A stretch of DNA of 64,000 bases from an uncultured Bacteroidales bacterium (GTDB lineage: Bacteria; Bacteroidota; Bacteroidia; Bacteroidales; UBA932). The translations under genes were made by a program, and so were the position numbers. Shown piece after piece: positions 47,036 through 56,953 of this stretch. The stretch's first letter is position 1, and each line of letters opens with the position of its first letter. The notes under the pieces are model-generated. The model searched no databases. It was not told the origin of the DNA and saw only the letters and a program-made list of their open reading frames with translations. The stretch is taken from NCBI GenBank assembly GCA_937899055.1, contig CALBPX010000061.1, positions 48,294 to 112,293 of the forward strand. The letters run 5' to 3'.

Positions 47036-47968
47036 ATGAAAAAATTTCTTGCAAGAGTCGTTTTCTGTCTGCTCTGGCCGCTCAGCCTGCTTCCGATGGG
47101 AGCGCATCATTTTTTCTCCGCTGTAATGTGCTTTGTGCTCAGGAGGATAGTACGGTACAGGTATTCTGTAATTACCACCAACATAGCACGGAGTTTTCCG
47201 CAGATGAAATACGGACAGATAAAAAAACTTACGGGAGAATATTACCGCTACATGTGTGATCTTTTTTGCGAAAGCGTATGGGATCTTGCACACAGTGCGG
47301 ATGCTGTAAGAAAGAGAGTGGGGGTGTCAAAGGTTGAGGTTGTGGATCAGCTTCAGAAAAAGTACGGAAGAGTTATTCTCATCATGGGTCACTGCGGAAA
47401 CTGGGAAATGGTCAGTGGTATGATAATCAGCCCCGAAGACCGTACCGAAGATAGCTTTGCATCGCATCCTGTATATATGGTTTACAAAGCTGCCGAAAGT
47501 AAGTTTTCAGACATTCTTTTCCGTATGCTGAGGATGCACGAATACAAAAAATTCCATTCTCTGGGAGAAGTTGTAGAGAGCAGACAGGTTTTGCGTCACG
47601 CCCTTAAAAACAAAGACAGCAAGGCAACTTATGTAATGATTGCAGACCAGAATCCAATCGGAAAGCACGATCCGGTAGTAGATTTTCTCAATCAGAAAAC
47701 ATACATGCTTCCAGGTCCTGCATATCTTTCTTCAAGGCTTGGAATACCGGCAGTGTATCTGAGGTTTGACAGGATTGCAAGAGGTCGGTATCATATTGAG
47801 TTTGAGAAGATAAGCGAGCCGTCAGAAAATCGCGGAGAAAATTATGTAACAGAAAAATTTGCTCAGCTTTTAGAGGCCGATATCAGAAAAAATCCGGTCA
47901 ACTGGCTGTGGAGTCACAAACGCTGGAAGCGAAATATTGAACCATACGACAACAACATAAGCAAATAA
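47036..47968 (+). CDS. LpxL/HtrB-like lipid A (Kdo2-lipid IVA) late acyltransferase family protein
   Basis: N-terminal TM helix, catalytic HCGNWE (HxxxxE/D) motif. 310 aa. Confidence 0.75.
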   Translation: MKKFLARVVFCLLWPLSLLPMGAHHFFSAVMCFVLRRIVRYRYSVITTNIARSFPQMKYGQIKKLTGEYYRYMCDLFCESVWDLAHSADAVRKRVGVSKVEVVDQLQKKYGRVILIMGHCGNWEMVSGMIISPEDRTEDSFASHPVYMVYKAAESKFSDILFRMLRMHEYKKFHSLGEVVESRQVLRHALKNKDSKATYVMIADQNPIGKHDPVVDFLNQKTYMLPGPAYLSSRLGIPAVYLRFDRIARGRYHIEFEKISEPSENRGENYVTEKFAQLLEADIRKNPVNWLWSHKRWKRNIEPYDNNISK

Positions 47969-48053
47969 TTGCTATAATTGTACAATGTTATTTTCCTAAT
48001 GTGGAAATGATTACAGCAATTCATCTCTTGAAAGAATCAGAAAAATTAAGAAG

Positions 48054-49133
48054 ATGCAACTTGTAAAAAGAATATCCATCATAACATCAGCCGTTCTGCT
48101 GATTAGTGCAACTACCTCTTACTCACAGATTTTCAAAAGTTCCGAAGCAGCTCCGCAAGGTGCGGTCATCTACTCTCTGCCGCAGACTTCGGTAAAGGTT
48201 ACTCTAAAGGTTTCGCTGAGCAGTTTTACTGCCGGGCCTTATGCGTCATACTCGGAAAAATATCTTGGAATTACGGCAGACCGTTCTTCAAAAAAATCCT
48301 GCACAATAGAAGAAATAGAAATTACTCCTATGGTTGAAGCAGACCAGAATCTGAGCGTTGCACTCAATCTTGGAAATTCAAAGAATGCAAGCGCAAACTT
48401 TCTTGCATTTTCTTCTCAGGGTTTGATAATTGCTCCTGGTTACTTTACTCCGGAAACATCTCAGTCGCGTTTTCCATCGCCGATGCAACCTACGTTCAAC
48501 GAGGCAGTTGCAAACCTCGGTACGCAAACAACCCAGCTTTACAAAAACGTTACAAACGAAGACGGGGAAGTTGAAAAAGTTGCAGTTCCCCAGACGCAGA
48601 CCGTAGCCAAGACTGCGGACAAAAAAGCAGAAGAAACAGCGCAGCTTATCTTCCGTCTGAGGGAGAAAAAAATAGACATCCTCACCGGCGATACAGACGC
48701 CAACTATAGCGGACAAGCTCTGGGCAGTGCAGTGAGGAATATGGACAGGTTGGAGAAAGAATATATGTCTTTGTTTACCGGCAAAACTACAACGGCAACT
48801 CAGCAGGCAAGCTTTGAAGTTGTGCCTAAGGCAAAGAACGCAAAGCAGAACTATGTGATTTGCAGGATTTCTGATTCTCAGGGTCTTCTGCCTGCCGACA
48901 ATATGAGCGGGCGTCCTATATATCTGGAACTTACGGTAACCGACGGAAAGATTGCTACGGAAGTTACGGCAGAAGAAATGGCTTCTTCAAAAGGCAAGGT
49001 GGCATACAGGATTCCGCTGGTTGTCAATGCAAGAATCCTTGACGGGCAGACAGTTCTGGGGCAGACCAGAATTCCGGTTTACCAGTTTGGTAAGGTGTTG
49101 TACTTTCCGCTGGATCTGGCACTTGGAAAATAA
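48054..49133 (+). CDS. secreted protein, DUF4831-like
   Basis: Signal peptide. GAVIYSLPQTSVKVTLKV resembles the DUF4831 N-terminal block. 359 aa. Assignment from memory only. Confidence 0.45.
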   Translation: MQLVKRISIITSAVLLISATTSYSQIFKSSEAAPQGAVIYSLPQTSVKVTLKVSLSSFTAGPYASYSEKYLGITADRSSKKSCTIEEIEITPMVEADQNLSVALNLGNSKNASANFLAFSSQGLIIAPGYFTPETSQSRFPSPMQPTFNEAVANLGTQTTQLYKNVTNEDGEVEKVAVPQTQTVAKTADKKAEETAQLIFRLREKKIDILTGDTDANYSGQALGSAVRNMDRLEKEYMSLFTGKTTTATQQASFEVVPKAKNAKQNYVICRISDSQGLLPADNMSGRPIYLELTVTDGKIATEVTAEEMASSKGKVAYRIPLVVNARILDGQTVLGQTRIPVYQFGKVLYFPLDLALGK

Positions 49134-49153
49134 CATTTAAAAACAAGATACTG

Positions 49154-50620
49154 ATGAAAACCATAGATCAATTACAACCTAAAGAGGTTTGGACAATCTT
49201 CAACGAACTTGCAAAAGTTCCGCGTCCTTCCAAGAAAGAACATAAGGCAGTTGAATTCGTTTACAACTTCGGAAAGAATCTGGGTCTTGAAACCATCAAA
49301 GACGAAGTAGGAAACGTAATCATCCGCAAACCTGCAACCAAGGGAATGGAAAAGAAGGCAGGTCTGATTCTTGAGGCACATCTGGATATGGTACCTCAGA
49401 AGAATCCCGATGTAAAGCACAACTTTGAAACAGATCCTATCAAACCGCGCATCGTTGGCGACCTTGTCTATGCAACCGGAACAACTCTGGGAGCAGACAA
49501 CGGAATGGGAGTTTCCATGGCCCTTGCAGTACTGCAGAGCAAGACCATTCAGCACGGCCCCATAGAGTGCCTGTTTACGGTAGATGAGGAAACTGGAATG
49601 ACCGGTGCAAGAGCCTTGAAACCAGGCATTCTCAAAGGCGAAATTCTTATGAACCTTGACTCCGAAACCGAGGGTATCCTCTATGTAGGATGTGCAGGCG
49701 GATTGGACGGCGAGGCAGCTTTCAACTACACCACAGAAAAAGTTCCCGCAGGTTATGTGTTCAAGAAAGTTGCAGTAAGCGGTCTGATTGGTGGCCACTC
49801 CGGAATGGACATTGTTCTCTACAGGGCAAATGCAAACAAGATTCTTGCAAGAATCATCCTTCCTGTAATGAGAGACCTCAACGCTCGTCTTGTATGTATC
49901 AGCGGCGGCAGCATCCGCAATTCAATTCCGAGAGATGCCTGCGCAGTTGTTGCAGTTCCAAAGAAGAACGAGAGGAAGTTTGCTCTCCATGTAGGAAAGA
50001 TCCGCAAGGAGGCAACCCTTGAGTACCAGTACACAGACAAAGACCTCAAGATTACTACAAGCGCAGTAAAGGAAAAGGCTCCGGCTATAGAAAAGAAGAC
50101 CGCTCTCTCAATTGTCAGGGCAATTGCTTCAATTCCTAACGGAGTATGGAGAATGAGCGATACCGTTGCAGGTTTTGTAGAAACTTCAAACAATATGGCT
50201 ATCATCCAGCAGGATGCAAAGACCATCAAGATTCACTCCCTCATGAGAAGCTCCATTGATTCAGAAAAGTGGGAACTTGCAGAAAGCATGAGAGCCATAG
50301 TTGAACTTGCAGGCGGAAAATGCACTTTCAGTGGAGGTTATTCCGGATGGCAGCTCGATATGAATTCTCCTATCCTCAAGGTATCCAAGGAAGTCTATAA
50401 GAAACTCTTCAACAAGGATCCTGAGGTAACCGGAATCCATGCAGGACTTGAGTGCGGAATTCTGGGTGCAACTTATCCTGAGTGGGATATGATTTCATTT
50501 GGTCCAACCATCTTCTCTCCTCACTCACCTGACGAAAGAGTGAACATAGAGAGCGTAGGCAAATGCTGGAAGTATCTTGTAGAGCTTCTCAAGAATGCTC
50601 CTGCTTCCAAACGCGGCTAA
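49154..50620 (+). CDS. pepD: aminoacyl-histidine dipeptidase (Xaa-His dipeptidase)
   Basis: EVWTIFNELAKVPRPSKKE, EAHLDMVPQK, LGADNGMGV, FTVDEETGMTGA, GGHSG, SPHSPDERV. Confidence 0.9.
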   Translation: MKTIDQLQPKEVWTIFNELAKVPRPSKKEHKAVEFVYNFGKNLGLETIKDEVGNVIIRKPATKGMEKKAGLILEAHLDMVPQKNPDVKHNFETDPIKPRIVGDLVYATGTTLGADNGMGVSMALAVLQSKTIQHGPIECLFTVDEETGMTGARALKPGILKGEILMNLDSETEGILYVGCAGGLDGEAAFNYTTEKVPAGYVFKKVAVSGLIGGHSGMDIVLYRANANKILARIILPVMRDLNARLVCISGGSIRNSIPRDACAVVAVPKKNERKFALHVGKIRKEATLEYQYTDKDLKITTSAVKEKAPAIEKKTALSIVRAIASIPNGVWRMSDTVAGFVETSNNMAIIQQDAKTIKIHSLMRSSIDSEKWELAESMRAIVELAGGKCTFSGGYSGWQLDMNSPILKVSKEVYKKLFNKDPEVTGIHAGLECGILGATYPEWDMISFGPTIFSPHSPDERVNIESVGKCWKYLVELLKNAPASKRG

Positions 50621-50657
50621 GACGGCTTGAAAACAATTAACTAAACAAACAAATATT

Positions 50658-51233
50658 ATGGTAACAAAAGTAAAGAAGGCCCCTGTTAAGAAGGCCGCCG
50701 CAAAGCCAGCTGTAAAGAAAGCAGCTGCAAAGAAGCCCGCAGCTAAGAAGGCTCCTGCAAAGAAAGAAGAAGTAAAGAAAGAAGAAGTAAAGAAAGCAGT
50801 TGAAAAGAAAGTTGCTGAAGTAAAGAAAGAAGTTGCAAAGGTAAAGAAGGCTGTTGCCAAGAAGGCAGCTCCCGTAAAGAAGGCCGTTGCAAAAAAGGCT
50901 GCTGAGGTAAAGAAGGCTGTTGTAAAGAAAGCAGATGCTGTAAAGAAGACCGTAGCTGTAAAGAAAGCCGCTGCTGTCAAGAAGTCTGCAGCTGTAAAGA
51001 AGACCGTAGCCAAGAAGGCTGCTGACGCAAAGAAGGCTGTGGAAAAGAAAGCTGTTGCTGCAAAGAAGGCCGTTGCAAAGAAGAATACCGAAGTAAAGAA
51101 GGCCGTTGCAAAGAAGGTTGCTCCAGCAAAGAAGGCTGCTCCAGCAAAGAAGGTTGTTGCCAAGAAGCCTGCCGGAAAGAAGGCTCCAGCAAAGAAAGCT
51201 CCAGCAAAGAAGGCAGTTGCAAAGAAGAAATAA
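50658..51233 (+). CDS. histone H1-like Lys/Ala-rich repetitive protein
   Basis: 191 aa made almost entirely of KKA(V/A)AKK units. Followed by a strong bidirectional terminator. Confidence 0.6.
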   Translation: MVTKVKKAPVKKAAAKPAVKKAAAKKPAAKKAPAKKEEVKKEEVKKAVEKKVAEVKKEVAKVKKAVAKKAAPVKKAVAKKAAEVKKAVVKKADAVKKTVAVKKAAAVKKSAAVKKTVAKKAADAKKAVEKKAVAAKKAVAKKNTEVKKAVAKKVAPAKKAAPAKKVVAKKPAGKKAPAKKAPAKKAVAKKK

Positions 51234-51251
51234 CACTCTTTGCATTGTAAA

Positions 51252-51285
51252 CAAAAAAACCGGAAGCATCTGCCTCCGGTTTTTT
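51252..51285. terminator. bidirectional rho-independent terminator between the H1-like gene and rplI
   Basis: AAAAAAA CCGGAAGC ATCT GCCTCCGG TTTTTT. 8-bp GC-rich stem with one mismatch, flanked by an A-run and a T-run. Confidence 0.8.
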
Positions 51286-51304
51286 GTTTGGCCATGTCTG
51301 AAGA

Positions 51305-51790
51305 TTATTCAGCTGCCTCTTTCTTTTCTGTTACCTTTCCTTCCTCGTCAACTACGATAACCTTGACGGTAGCCTCAACACCTCTGTAGATGTCTATGAC
51401 AGCATCATAGGTTCCGATTTCGTTGACCTTGTCGGCATCCTTGAGTTCAATCTTGCGGCGGTCTATCTCAAAACCCTGGGAAGCCAGAGCCTCGGCAACC
51501 TGAATGTTGTTGACTGAACCGTAGATTTTGCCGGAAGCACTTACCTTGGTAGGTATGGTTACAGAAACTGCATTGAGTTTCTCAGCGATAGCTTTTGCGT
51601 CTGCAATGAGTTTTTCTTCCTTGTGGGCTCTCTGCTTTATGGTTTCTGCAAGCTGCTTCTTTGCGGAAGCCGTAGCAAGAATTGCCAGACCCTGAGGGAA
51701 AAGGAAATTGTTTGCGTAACCGTCTTTTACGGTAACGATGTCGTTCTTGTGTCCAAGATGGCGGACATCTTCCTTAAGTATAATCTCCAT
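51305..51790 (-). CDS. rplI: 50S ribosomal protein L9
   Basis: MEIILKEDVRHLGHKNDIVTVKDGYANNFLFPQGLA. Last gene of the rpsF-rpsR-rplI cluster. Confidence 0.93.
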   Translation of the reverse strand: MEIILKEDVRHLGHKNDIVTVKDGYANNFLFPQGLAILATASAKKQLAETIKQRAHKEEKLIADAKAIAEKLNAVSVTIPTKVSASGKIYGSVNNIQVAEALASQGFEIDRRKIELKDADKVNEIGTYDAVIDIYRGVEATVKVIVVDEEGKVTEKKEAAE

Positions 51791-51802
51791 AATCTCTCCT
51801 CC

Positions 51803-52081
51803 TTATTTCAAAAGGTCAGTAACATAAGGAAGCAAAGCTATATGGCGGGCGCGCTTGATGGCCTGAGCCACTTTCTTCTGGAATTTGAGAGAAGTTCCGG
51901 TAAGGCGGCGGGGAAGAATCTTGCCCTGCTCATTGAGGAACTTCTTCAGGAACTCTGCATCCTTGTAATCTACATACTTGATACCTGCCTTCTTGAAACG
52001 GCAGTATTTCTTCTTCTTTACCTCTACGGTAACCGGGTTCAGATAGCGGATATCTGCATTTTCGTCATTTCTCTGTGCCAT
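51803..52081 (-). CDS. rpsR: 30S ribosomal protein S18
   Basis: [40 protein letters not shown]...[13 protein letters not shown]. Confidence 0.93.
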   Translation of the reverse strand: MAQRNDENADIRYLNPVTVEVKKKKYCRFKKAGIKYVDYKDAEFLKKFLNEQGKILPRRLTGTSLKFQKKVAQAIKRARHIALLPYVTDLLK

Positions 52082-52095
52082 AACTGTTCCTCCTG

Positions 52096-52470
52096 TTACT
52101 GATTGGTTTCTTTCTTTTCTGCGGCTGCATTCTTCTTAGCTGCCCAGTTGGCTCTTCTCTTTTCTGCGTAAGCCACAGCATCCTTGTCCATTGCAAAGGT
52201 GAGGAAGCGGATGATTCTTTCATCTCTGCGATACTGAGTTTCAAGCTTTTCAATGAAAGCCGGTTCTGCCTGGAATTCTACAAGGTGGTAGAATCCGGAG
52301 GTCTTCTTCTGGATTGGGTAGGCCAGTTTCTTCAGTCCCCAATCCTCTTCACTGACAACTGTGCCGCCGTTCTCCTTTATAAGGGAGATGTATTTGGCTG
52401 CCGTTTCCTTCATCTGAGCTTCAGACAAAACGGGAGTTGCAATGAAAACGGTCTCGTAATTCTTTAACAT
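52096..52470 (-). CDS. rpsF: 30S ribosomal protein S6
   Basis: [19 protein letters not shown]...[23 protein letters not shown]. Confidence 0.93.
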   Translation of the reverse strand: MLKNYETVFIATPVLSEAQMKETAAKYISLIKENGGTVVSEEDWGLKKLAYPIQKKTSGFYHLVEFQAEPAFIEKLETQYRRDERIIRFLTFAMDKDAVAYAEKRRANWAAKKNAAAEKKETNQ

Positions 52471-52500
52471 CTCTTAAATTTTAGTTAGTAAAATGGGCTG

Positions 52501-52508
52501 CAAAGATA
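52501..52508 (-). promoter_or_regulatory. -7 box TATCTTTG for rpsF-rpsR-rplI
   Basis: Reverse complement of CAAAGATA. 30 nt upstream of the rpsF ATG. Confidence 0.5.
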
Positions 52509-52600
52509 ATCAAATCTGCCCAACTTCCAAATTCTGTGGCATACGATTGAAGTTTCCCGTATTTTGGGGCAGATAATTTTTGAAATGAATTTAATTGGAG

Positions 52601-52608
52601 TAGATTTG
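52601..52608 (+). promoter_or_regulatory. -7 box TAGATTTG for the M16 peptidase gene
   Basis: Exact TAnnTTTG 20 nt before ATG 52629. Confidence 0.5.
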
Positions 52609-52628
52609 CACGGCTAAAATTATATTAT

Positions 52629-55433
52629 ATGAGAAGATTTTTGATTCTTTTAGGCTTTATGCTTGCCGCAAGTGTAAGTTTTGCCCAGCAGATGCCTCCC
52701 ATGCCGTTGGATCCTGCCGTAAGGGTAGGAAAACTGGACAACGGTCTTACCTATTTTATAAGGCAGAACGCCAATCCCGAAAAGAGGGCCGAGTTTTATA
52801 TTGCCACCAATGTAGGTGCAATCAACGAAACTCCGGCTCAGAGAGGTCTTGCCCATTTCCTGGAGCACATGTGCTTTAACGGAAACAAGGATTTTCCGGG
52901 CAACACCATGATGAGCTACCTTGAAAAGAATGGTCTGATATTCGGGGCCAATATAAACGCTATGACCGGAGTTGAGCAGACGGTTTACACTCTCAGCACA
53001 ATTCCTACAGACAGGCAGGCTCTTATGGACACCGCTCTGGTTATACTGCAGAACGATGCTGCCTTTGTAACCAACGACTTCGCTGAGATAGAAAAGGAAA
53101 GAGGAGTCATAATTGAGGAATGGCGAAGCGGAAACACCGCCCAGCGCAGGCAGCAGGAGGCACTTTACAAAGTTCTTTACAAGGGCACCAAGTATGCAGA
53201 CTGCAATGTCATCGGCGACGAACAATGCCTGCTTTCTTTTGACCCTCAAGAACTGACAAACTTCTATAAGACTTGGTACTATCCTGAAAATCAGGCAATC
53301 ATAGCTGTAGGAGATTTTGATGTAGATTATATAGAAGGAAAGATTAAGGAACTTTTCAGCGTTATTCCCAAAAAGGAGAACCCTCCTGTAAAGGAAGTCA
53401 TAACCGTGCCTTCAAATCAGGAGCCCCTTTCTCTGGTTTTCACAGACCCTGAAATCATAACCACCAATATAATCTTCATAGACAAGGAACCTGCCTTTCC
53501 TCAGGAACTGCGAAACACCGTAGCTTATTTTTCGCAGGACATACTTAAAGACATCATATTGAGCATAGTCAACGAAAGGCTTTCTGACGAGAGCAAAAAG
53601 GCAGACTGTCCGTTCATGAGCGCATCCTATTCTAATTTCAATCTGATTAAGACTATGGATGCCAGCCTGTTCAGCATAGTTCCCAAAGAGGGTAAGATAA
53701 AGGAGGCCGTTACATCCGTAGTAAAGATGGTCCGTCAGGCCGCCCAGTTTGGTTTTACGCAGGATGAGTTTGACCGTGCAAAGGCAAACATCCTCCGTTC
53801 ATATCAGGCCAGCGAAGACAGGGCTGCTACCCGTACTAACAGCCAGCTGGCAATGCAGATTGTCCAGTACTTCCTCAAAAACGAGCCTTACTGCGAGCCT
53901 AAAGTGGAGAATCAGCTTGCTCAGATGATTTTCAGCCAAATCAAACCGGAAATGATAAATGCAGCAATTACCAAGGGGCTCATTACGCTGGAAAACAGTG
54001 CAGTTATGCTGGTAGGTCCTAAGAAGGACGAAGCTACCCTTCCATCGGAGACCCAGCTGGTAGAATTTGTCAAGGAAGGCTTTGCAGCCGAGGTAGAGGC
54101 TCCTAAGGGCGAGGAAATTGCCAAGGAATTCATAGATCCAGCAACCATCAAGGCCGGAAAGATTAAGAAAGAGGCCCAGGGCTACATCGGATGTAAGGTA
54201 TGGACACTGAGCAACGGCATTCAGGCCTACCTTTATCCGACCGATGTCCGTAAAGACAGAGTTTCATTCACTCTCATTCAGGATGGTGGGCAGAGCATGC
54301 TTCCTCAGGAGCTGCTGCCTGATTTTGAGGACAATGTGCAGTATTTTTATGCATCTAACGCCGGAGTGGGGCAGTTCCCTGCCAACACGGTCGACAAGAT
54401 GCTTGCCGGAAAGAACGCTTCTGCCTCCAATTTCATAAACGAAACCCACAGCGGTGTAAACGGTTCTTCTTCTACCAAGGATGCAGAAACGGCACTCCAG
54501 CTTATGTATCTGGCCTTTACGCAGCCAAGGTGCGAGGATGCCGAGTTTGAGACCTCCATGACACAGATGAAGGCCATAGCCGCCAACATAGACAGCAACC
54601 CTCAGTTCCAGTACCAGAAGATGCTCCGTAAGGCTATGACCAATAACAACCCCAGGGCTCTGATGTTTTCAAAGGATCTGATAGAGAAGGTCAGTCCGGA
54701 GGATATCAGAAAGGGTAACAGCATTCTCTTCGGCGATGCAGTGGGCGCAAAGCTTTTTGTCGTAGGCGACTTTGACGCAGAAACTCTTAGGCCTCTGATA
54801 GAAAAGTATGTGGCATCTCTTCCCGTAAAGAGCAAGAAGGCCAGAACCGCAGTGGATCACAAGATGTATCCGACAGACGGAGTGAATGTGGTTGAGCAGA
54901 CCGTGAAGATGGAAAACCCCAATACCTATGCCACCGTGGTTTACCAGCGTCCTCAGAAGAACACCCTTGAGAACAAGGTTGTAACCAGAGCCATGACCTA
55001 CATTATGAATATGAGGTACATAGCCTCTCTCAGAGAGGAGGACGGCGGAACTTACAGCCCGAGTGTAAGCGGCAGTATTTCAAATCTGCCTTGTGAGAGA
55101 AATTACTTTGAAGTATCGTTCGAAACCGGAAAAGAAAAGGCTCCTGTGCTTATAGAGAAGGTCTATAAAGGCATAGAAGCCCTTGCCGCCGAAGGTCCTA
55201 CCGACGAAGAAATGGGTAAGACAATAGAGATGCTGAAAAAGAACATTCCAGAAAGCAAAAAGAACCCTGCATATTGGGGGAATCTTCTGGAAGCTTACTA
55301 CCTGTACGGGTACGACAACCAGCTTACGGACGAAAAAATTGACAAATTTGTTACGAAGGAAAATGTGCAGAATGCCGCAAAAGCCATTATAGAGGCTGGA
55401 AACAGGCTGACTGTCATTGAAAATCCGGAATAA
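52629..55433 (+). CDS. M16 family (pitrilysin/insulinase-like) zinc peptidase, double-length form
   Basis: Signal peptide, inverted zincin HFLEHMCFNG (HxxEH). 934 aa, consistent with four M16 domains. Confidence 0.85.
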   Translation: MRRFLILLGFMLAASVSFAQQMPPMPLDPAVRVGKLDNGLTYFIRQNANPEKRAEFYIATNVGAINETPAQRGLAHFLEHMCFNGNKDFPGNTMMSYLEKNGLIFGANINAMTGVEQTVYTLSTIPTDRQALMDTALVILQNDAAFVTNDFAEIEKERGVIIEEWRSGNTAQRRQQEALYKVLYKGTKYADCNVIGDEQCLLSFDPQELTNFYKTWYYPENQAIIAVGDFDVDYIEGKIKELFSVIPKKENPPVKEVITVPSNQEPLSLVFTDPEIITTNIIFIDKEPAFPQELRNTVAYFSQDILKDIILSIVNERLSDESKKADCPFMSASYSNFNLIKTMDASLFSIVPKEGKIKEAVTSVVKMVRQAAQFGFTQDEFDRAKANILRSYQASEDRAATRTNSQLAMQIVQYFLKNEPYCEPKVENQLAQMIFSQIKPEMINAAITKGLITLENSAVMLVGPKKDEATLPSETQLVEFVKEGFAAEVEAPKGEEIAKEFIDPATIKAGKIKKEAQGYIGCKVWTLSNGIQAYLYPTDVRKDRVSFTLIQDGGQSMLPQELLPDFEDNVQYFYASNAGVGQFPANTVDKMLAGKNASASNFINETHSGVNGSSSTKDAETALQLMYLAFTQPRCEDAEFETSMTQMKAIAANIDSNPQFQYQKMLRKAMTNNNPRALMFSKDLIEKVSPEDIRKGNSILFGDAVGAKLFVVGDFDAETLRPLIEKYVASLPVKSKKARTAVDHKMYPTDGVNVVEQTVKMENPNTYATVVYQRPQKNTLENKVVTRAMTYIMNMRYIASLREEDGGTYSPSVSGSISNLPCERNYFEVSFETGKEKAPVLIEKVYKGIEALAAEGPTDEEMGKTIEMLKKNIPESKKNPAYWGNLLEAYYLYGYDNQLTDEKIDKFVTKENVQNAAKAIIEAGNRLTVIENPE

Positions 55434-55464
55434 CCCGCCCAAAGACAGATTTTTTGAAAGATTT

Positions 55465-55495
55465 TTTGGCAGAGAAATAAAAAATCGTATATTTG
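55465..55495 (+). promoter_or_regulatory. -33 TTTG / -7 TATATTTG promoter for OmpA paralogue 1
   Basis: TTTG at 55465..55468, a 19-nt spacer, then TATATTTG at 55488..55495. Implies a ~85-nt leader. Confidence 0.55.
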
Positions 55496-55583
55496 CAACG
55501 ATTATCGGGCTCTTGTGAACATACGGAGGGCTTGATGCAACAAGATTTAGTAACATAAAAACTATAAAATCATTTAAATGACT

Positions 55584-56789
55584 ATGAGAAAATTCTTTTT
55601 GACAGTTGCTATTTGCGCAATAGCTGCAGCAAGCGCAAATGCACAGGTAATTAAGGGTGCTGAGGCACAGACCCTCAGAGGCCCTTATGAGACTAACCGT
55701 CTCTTTGACAACATCTTTATTGGTGCTGCCGGTGGAGTTAACCTGTATCAGGGCGAGAACGATCATGAGATCGATTTTGCTAAGAGACTTGCTCCCGCAG
55801 TTCAGGGTTACATTGGAAAATGGATTACCCCTTCTGTTGGAATCAGACTCGGATACTATGGTATTCAGGCAAAGGGTTACTACGCAGACAAGACCCTCTC
55901 TCGTTTCAACGCTTACACTGAGGACTATCATACTTTTGCCGGAAAGCAGAAGATGAACCATAACTATGTAAGAGGTGACTTGATGTGGAACATCTCCAAC
56001 GCTATTGGAGGCTACAGAGCTGACAGATTCTGGGACATTGCTCCTTACCTCGGAGCAGGTGCTATGTGGAACGGAACTACCAAGAAGGTTGACGGTTCAC
56101 ATCATCATGACACTGAGTTTGCAGTTACTGCAGGTATCTACAACATGTTCCGTATCAGCAAGGCATTGGACATAACTTTGGATGTAAACCAGAGCGTCGT
56201 TAACCAGAGATATGACGGAGATTCCCGCCATAATCGCAGAGAGTTCATAGCTTCTGCATCTCTTGGTCTTGCTTATCAGTTCAAGAACAGAGAGTTCTCA
56301 AGAGCTCACGCTCCTGTTGACGTAACTCCTTACAACAACAAGATTAAGGATCTGAACAAACTTCTGGAAGATGCTAACGCACTCAACAAGAAGCTTCAGT
56401 CAGATCTGGATGCTGAGAAGGCAAAGGATAAGGGTGGAAAGACCGTTTACGTTCCTGGTGAAACCAAGACCGTTCCTTCTCCTTTTGCAGTTTACTTCCC
56501 TCTGGGCAAATCTACTCTTACAGACGCTCAGAAGAACAGCATCAAGTACTTTGTTGAAACAGCTATGAAGACCAACTCAGACCGTACTTTCGAGATCGTA
56601 GGTGCAGCTGACAGCGCAACCGGTTCTGCAAAGACCAACGAAAGACTCGGCCAGGCTCGTCTGGACGCAGTTCTCAACATCATCAAGGCTTGTGGCGGAA
56701 ACTACAAGATTTCTGACAAGAACCTTGGTGGTACCGATGAGTTCAGCAAGACAGACAAGACCCTCAACCGCGTAGTTGTTATCAAGTAA
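55584..56789 (+). CDS. OmpA family outer membrane protein, paralogue 1 (Pgm6/7-like)
   Basis: Signal peptide AAASANAQ, N-terminal barrel, coiled linker, C-terminal OmpA-like domain (FPLGKSTLTDAQKNSIKYF...NRVVVIK). Alternative ATG 55578. Confidence 0.85.
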   Translation: MRKFFLTVAICAIAAASANAQVIKGAEAQTLRGPYETNRLFDNIFIGAAGGVNLYQGENDHEIDFAKRLAPAVQGYIGKWITPSVGIRLGYYGIQAKGYYADKTLSRFNAYTEDYHTFAGKQKMNHNYVRGDLMWNISNAIGGYRADRFWDIAPYLGAGAMWNGTTKKVDGSHHHDTEFAVTAGIYNMFRISKALDITLDVNQSVVNQRYDGDSRHNRREFIASASLGLAYQFKNREFSRAHAPVDVTPYNNKIKDLNKLLEDANALNKKLQSDLDAEKAKDKGGKTVYVPGETKTVPSPFAVYFPLGKSTLTDAQKNSIKYFVETAMKTNSDRTFEIVGAADSATGSAKTNERLGQARLDAVLNIIKACGGNYKISDKNLGGTDEFSKTDKTLNRVVVIK

Positions 56790-56813
56790 ACAGGCTTCTG
56801 TCTGAAGAATTAA

Positions 56814-56839
56814 GCCGTCCGTATGGGCGGCTTTTTTTT
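56814..56839 (+). terminator. rho-independent terminator after OmpA paralogue 1
   Basis: GCCGTCC GTAT GGGCGGC followed by T8. Confidence 0.85.
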
Positions 56840-56893
56840 GTGTCGTTTTTGTTATTTTCTTACGTAAAGTCTTGTTTTTAATCAAAAAATAGT

Positions 56894-56901
56894 TATATTT
56901 G
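56894..56901 (+). promoter_or_regulatory. -7 box TATATTTG for OmpA paralogue 2
   Basis: Exact consensus downstream of the paralogue 1 terminator. A partial -33 (CTTG) lies 19 nt upstream. Confidence 0.5.
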
Positions 56902-56953
56902 CGGTTACTAGTGTTATTGAATGAATAATATAAACCTAAGAATTATTAACTAT

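Noticed and set aside
50525-51295. 256-aa and 210-aa minus-strand ORFs, plus alternative-frame ORFs, over the H1-like gene (Phe/Ala-rich and Leu/Cys-rich translations).
   Set aside because: They are artefacts of the AAG/GCN repeat. The reverse complement of K/A codons gives F/A/L strings. The plus-strand K/A-rich frame is bounded by a terminator and is the only biologically sensible reading.
52471-52500. Looked for an S6:S18-binding leader structure upstream of rpsF, and for riboswitch-like or T-box-like leaders upstream of metG, alaS and the thiamine kinase gene.
   Set aside because: The rpsF leader implied by the -7 box is only about 25 nt and unstructured. The metG and thiamine kinase genes have essentially no upstream non-coding space. 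The alaS leader contains repeats but no recognisable riboswitch or T-box architecture.
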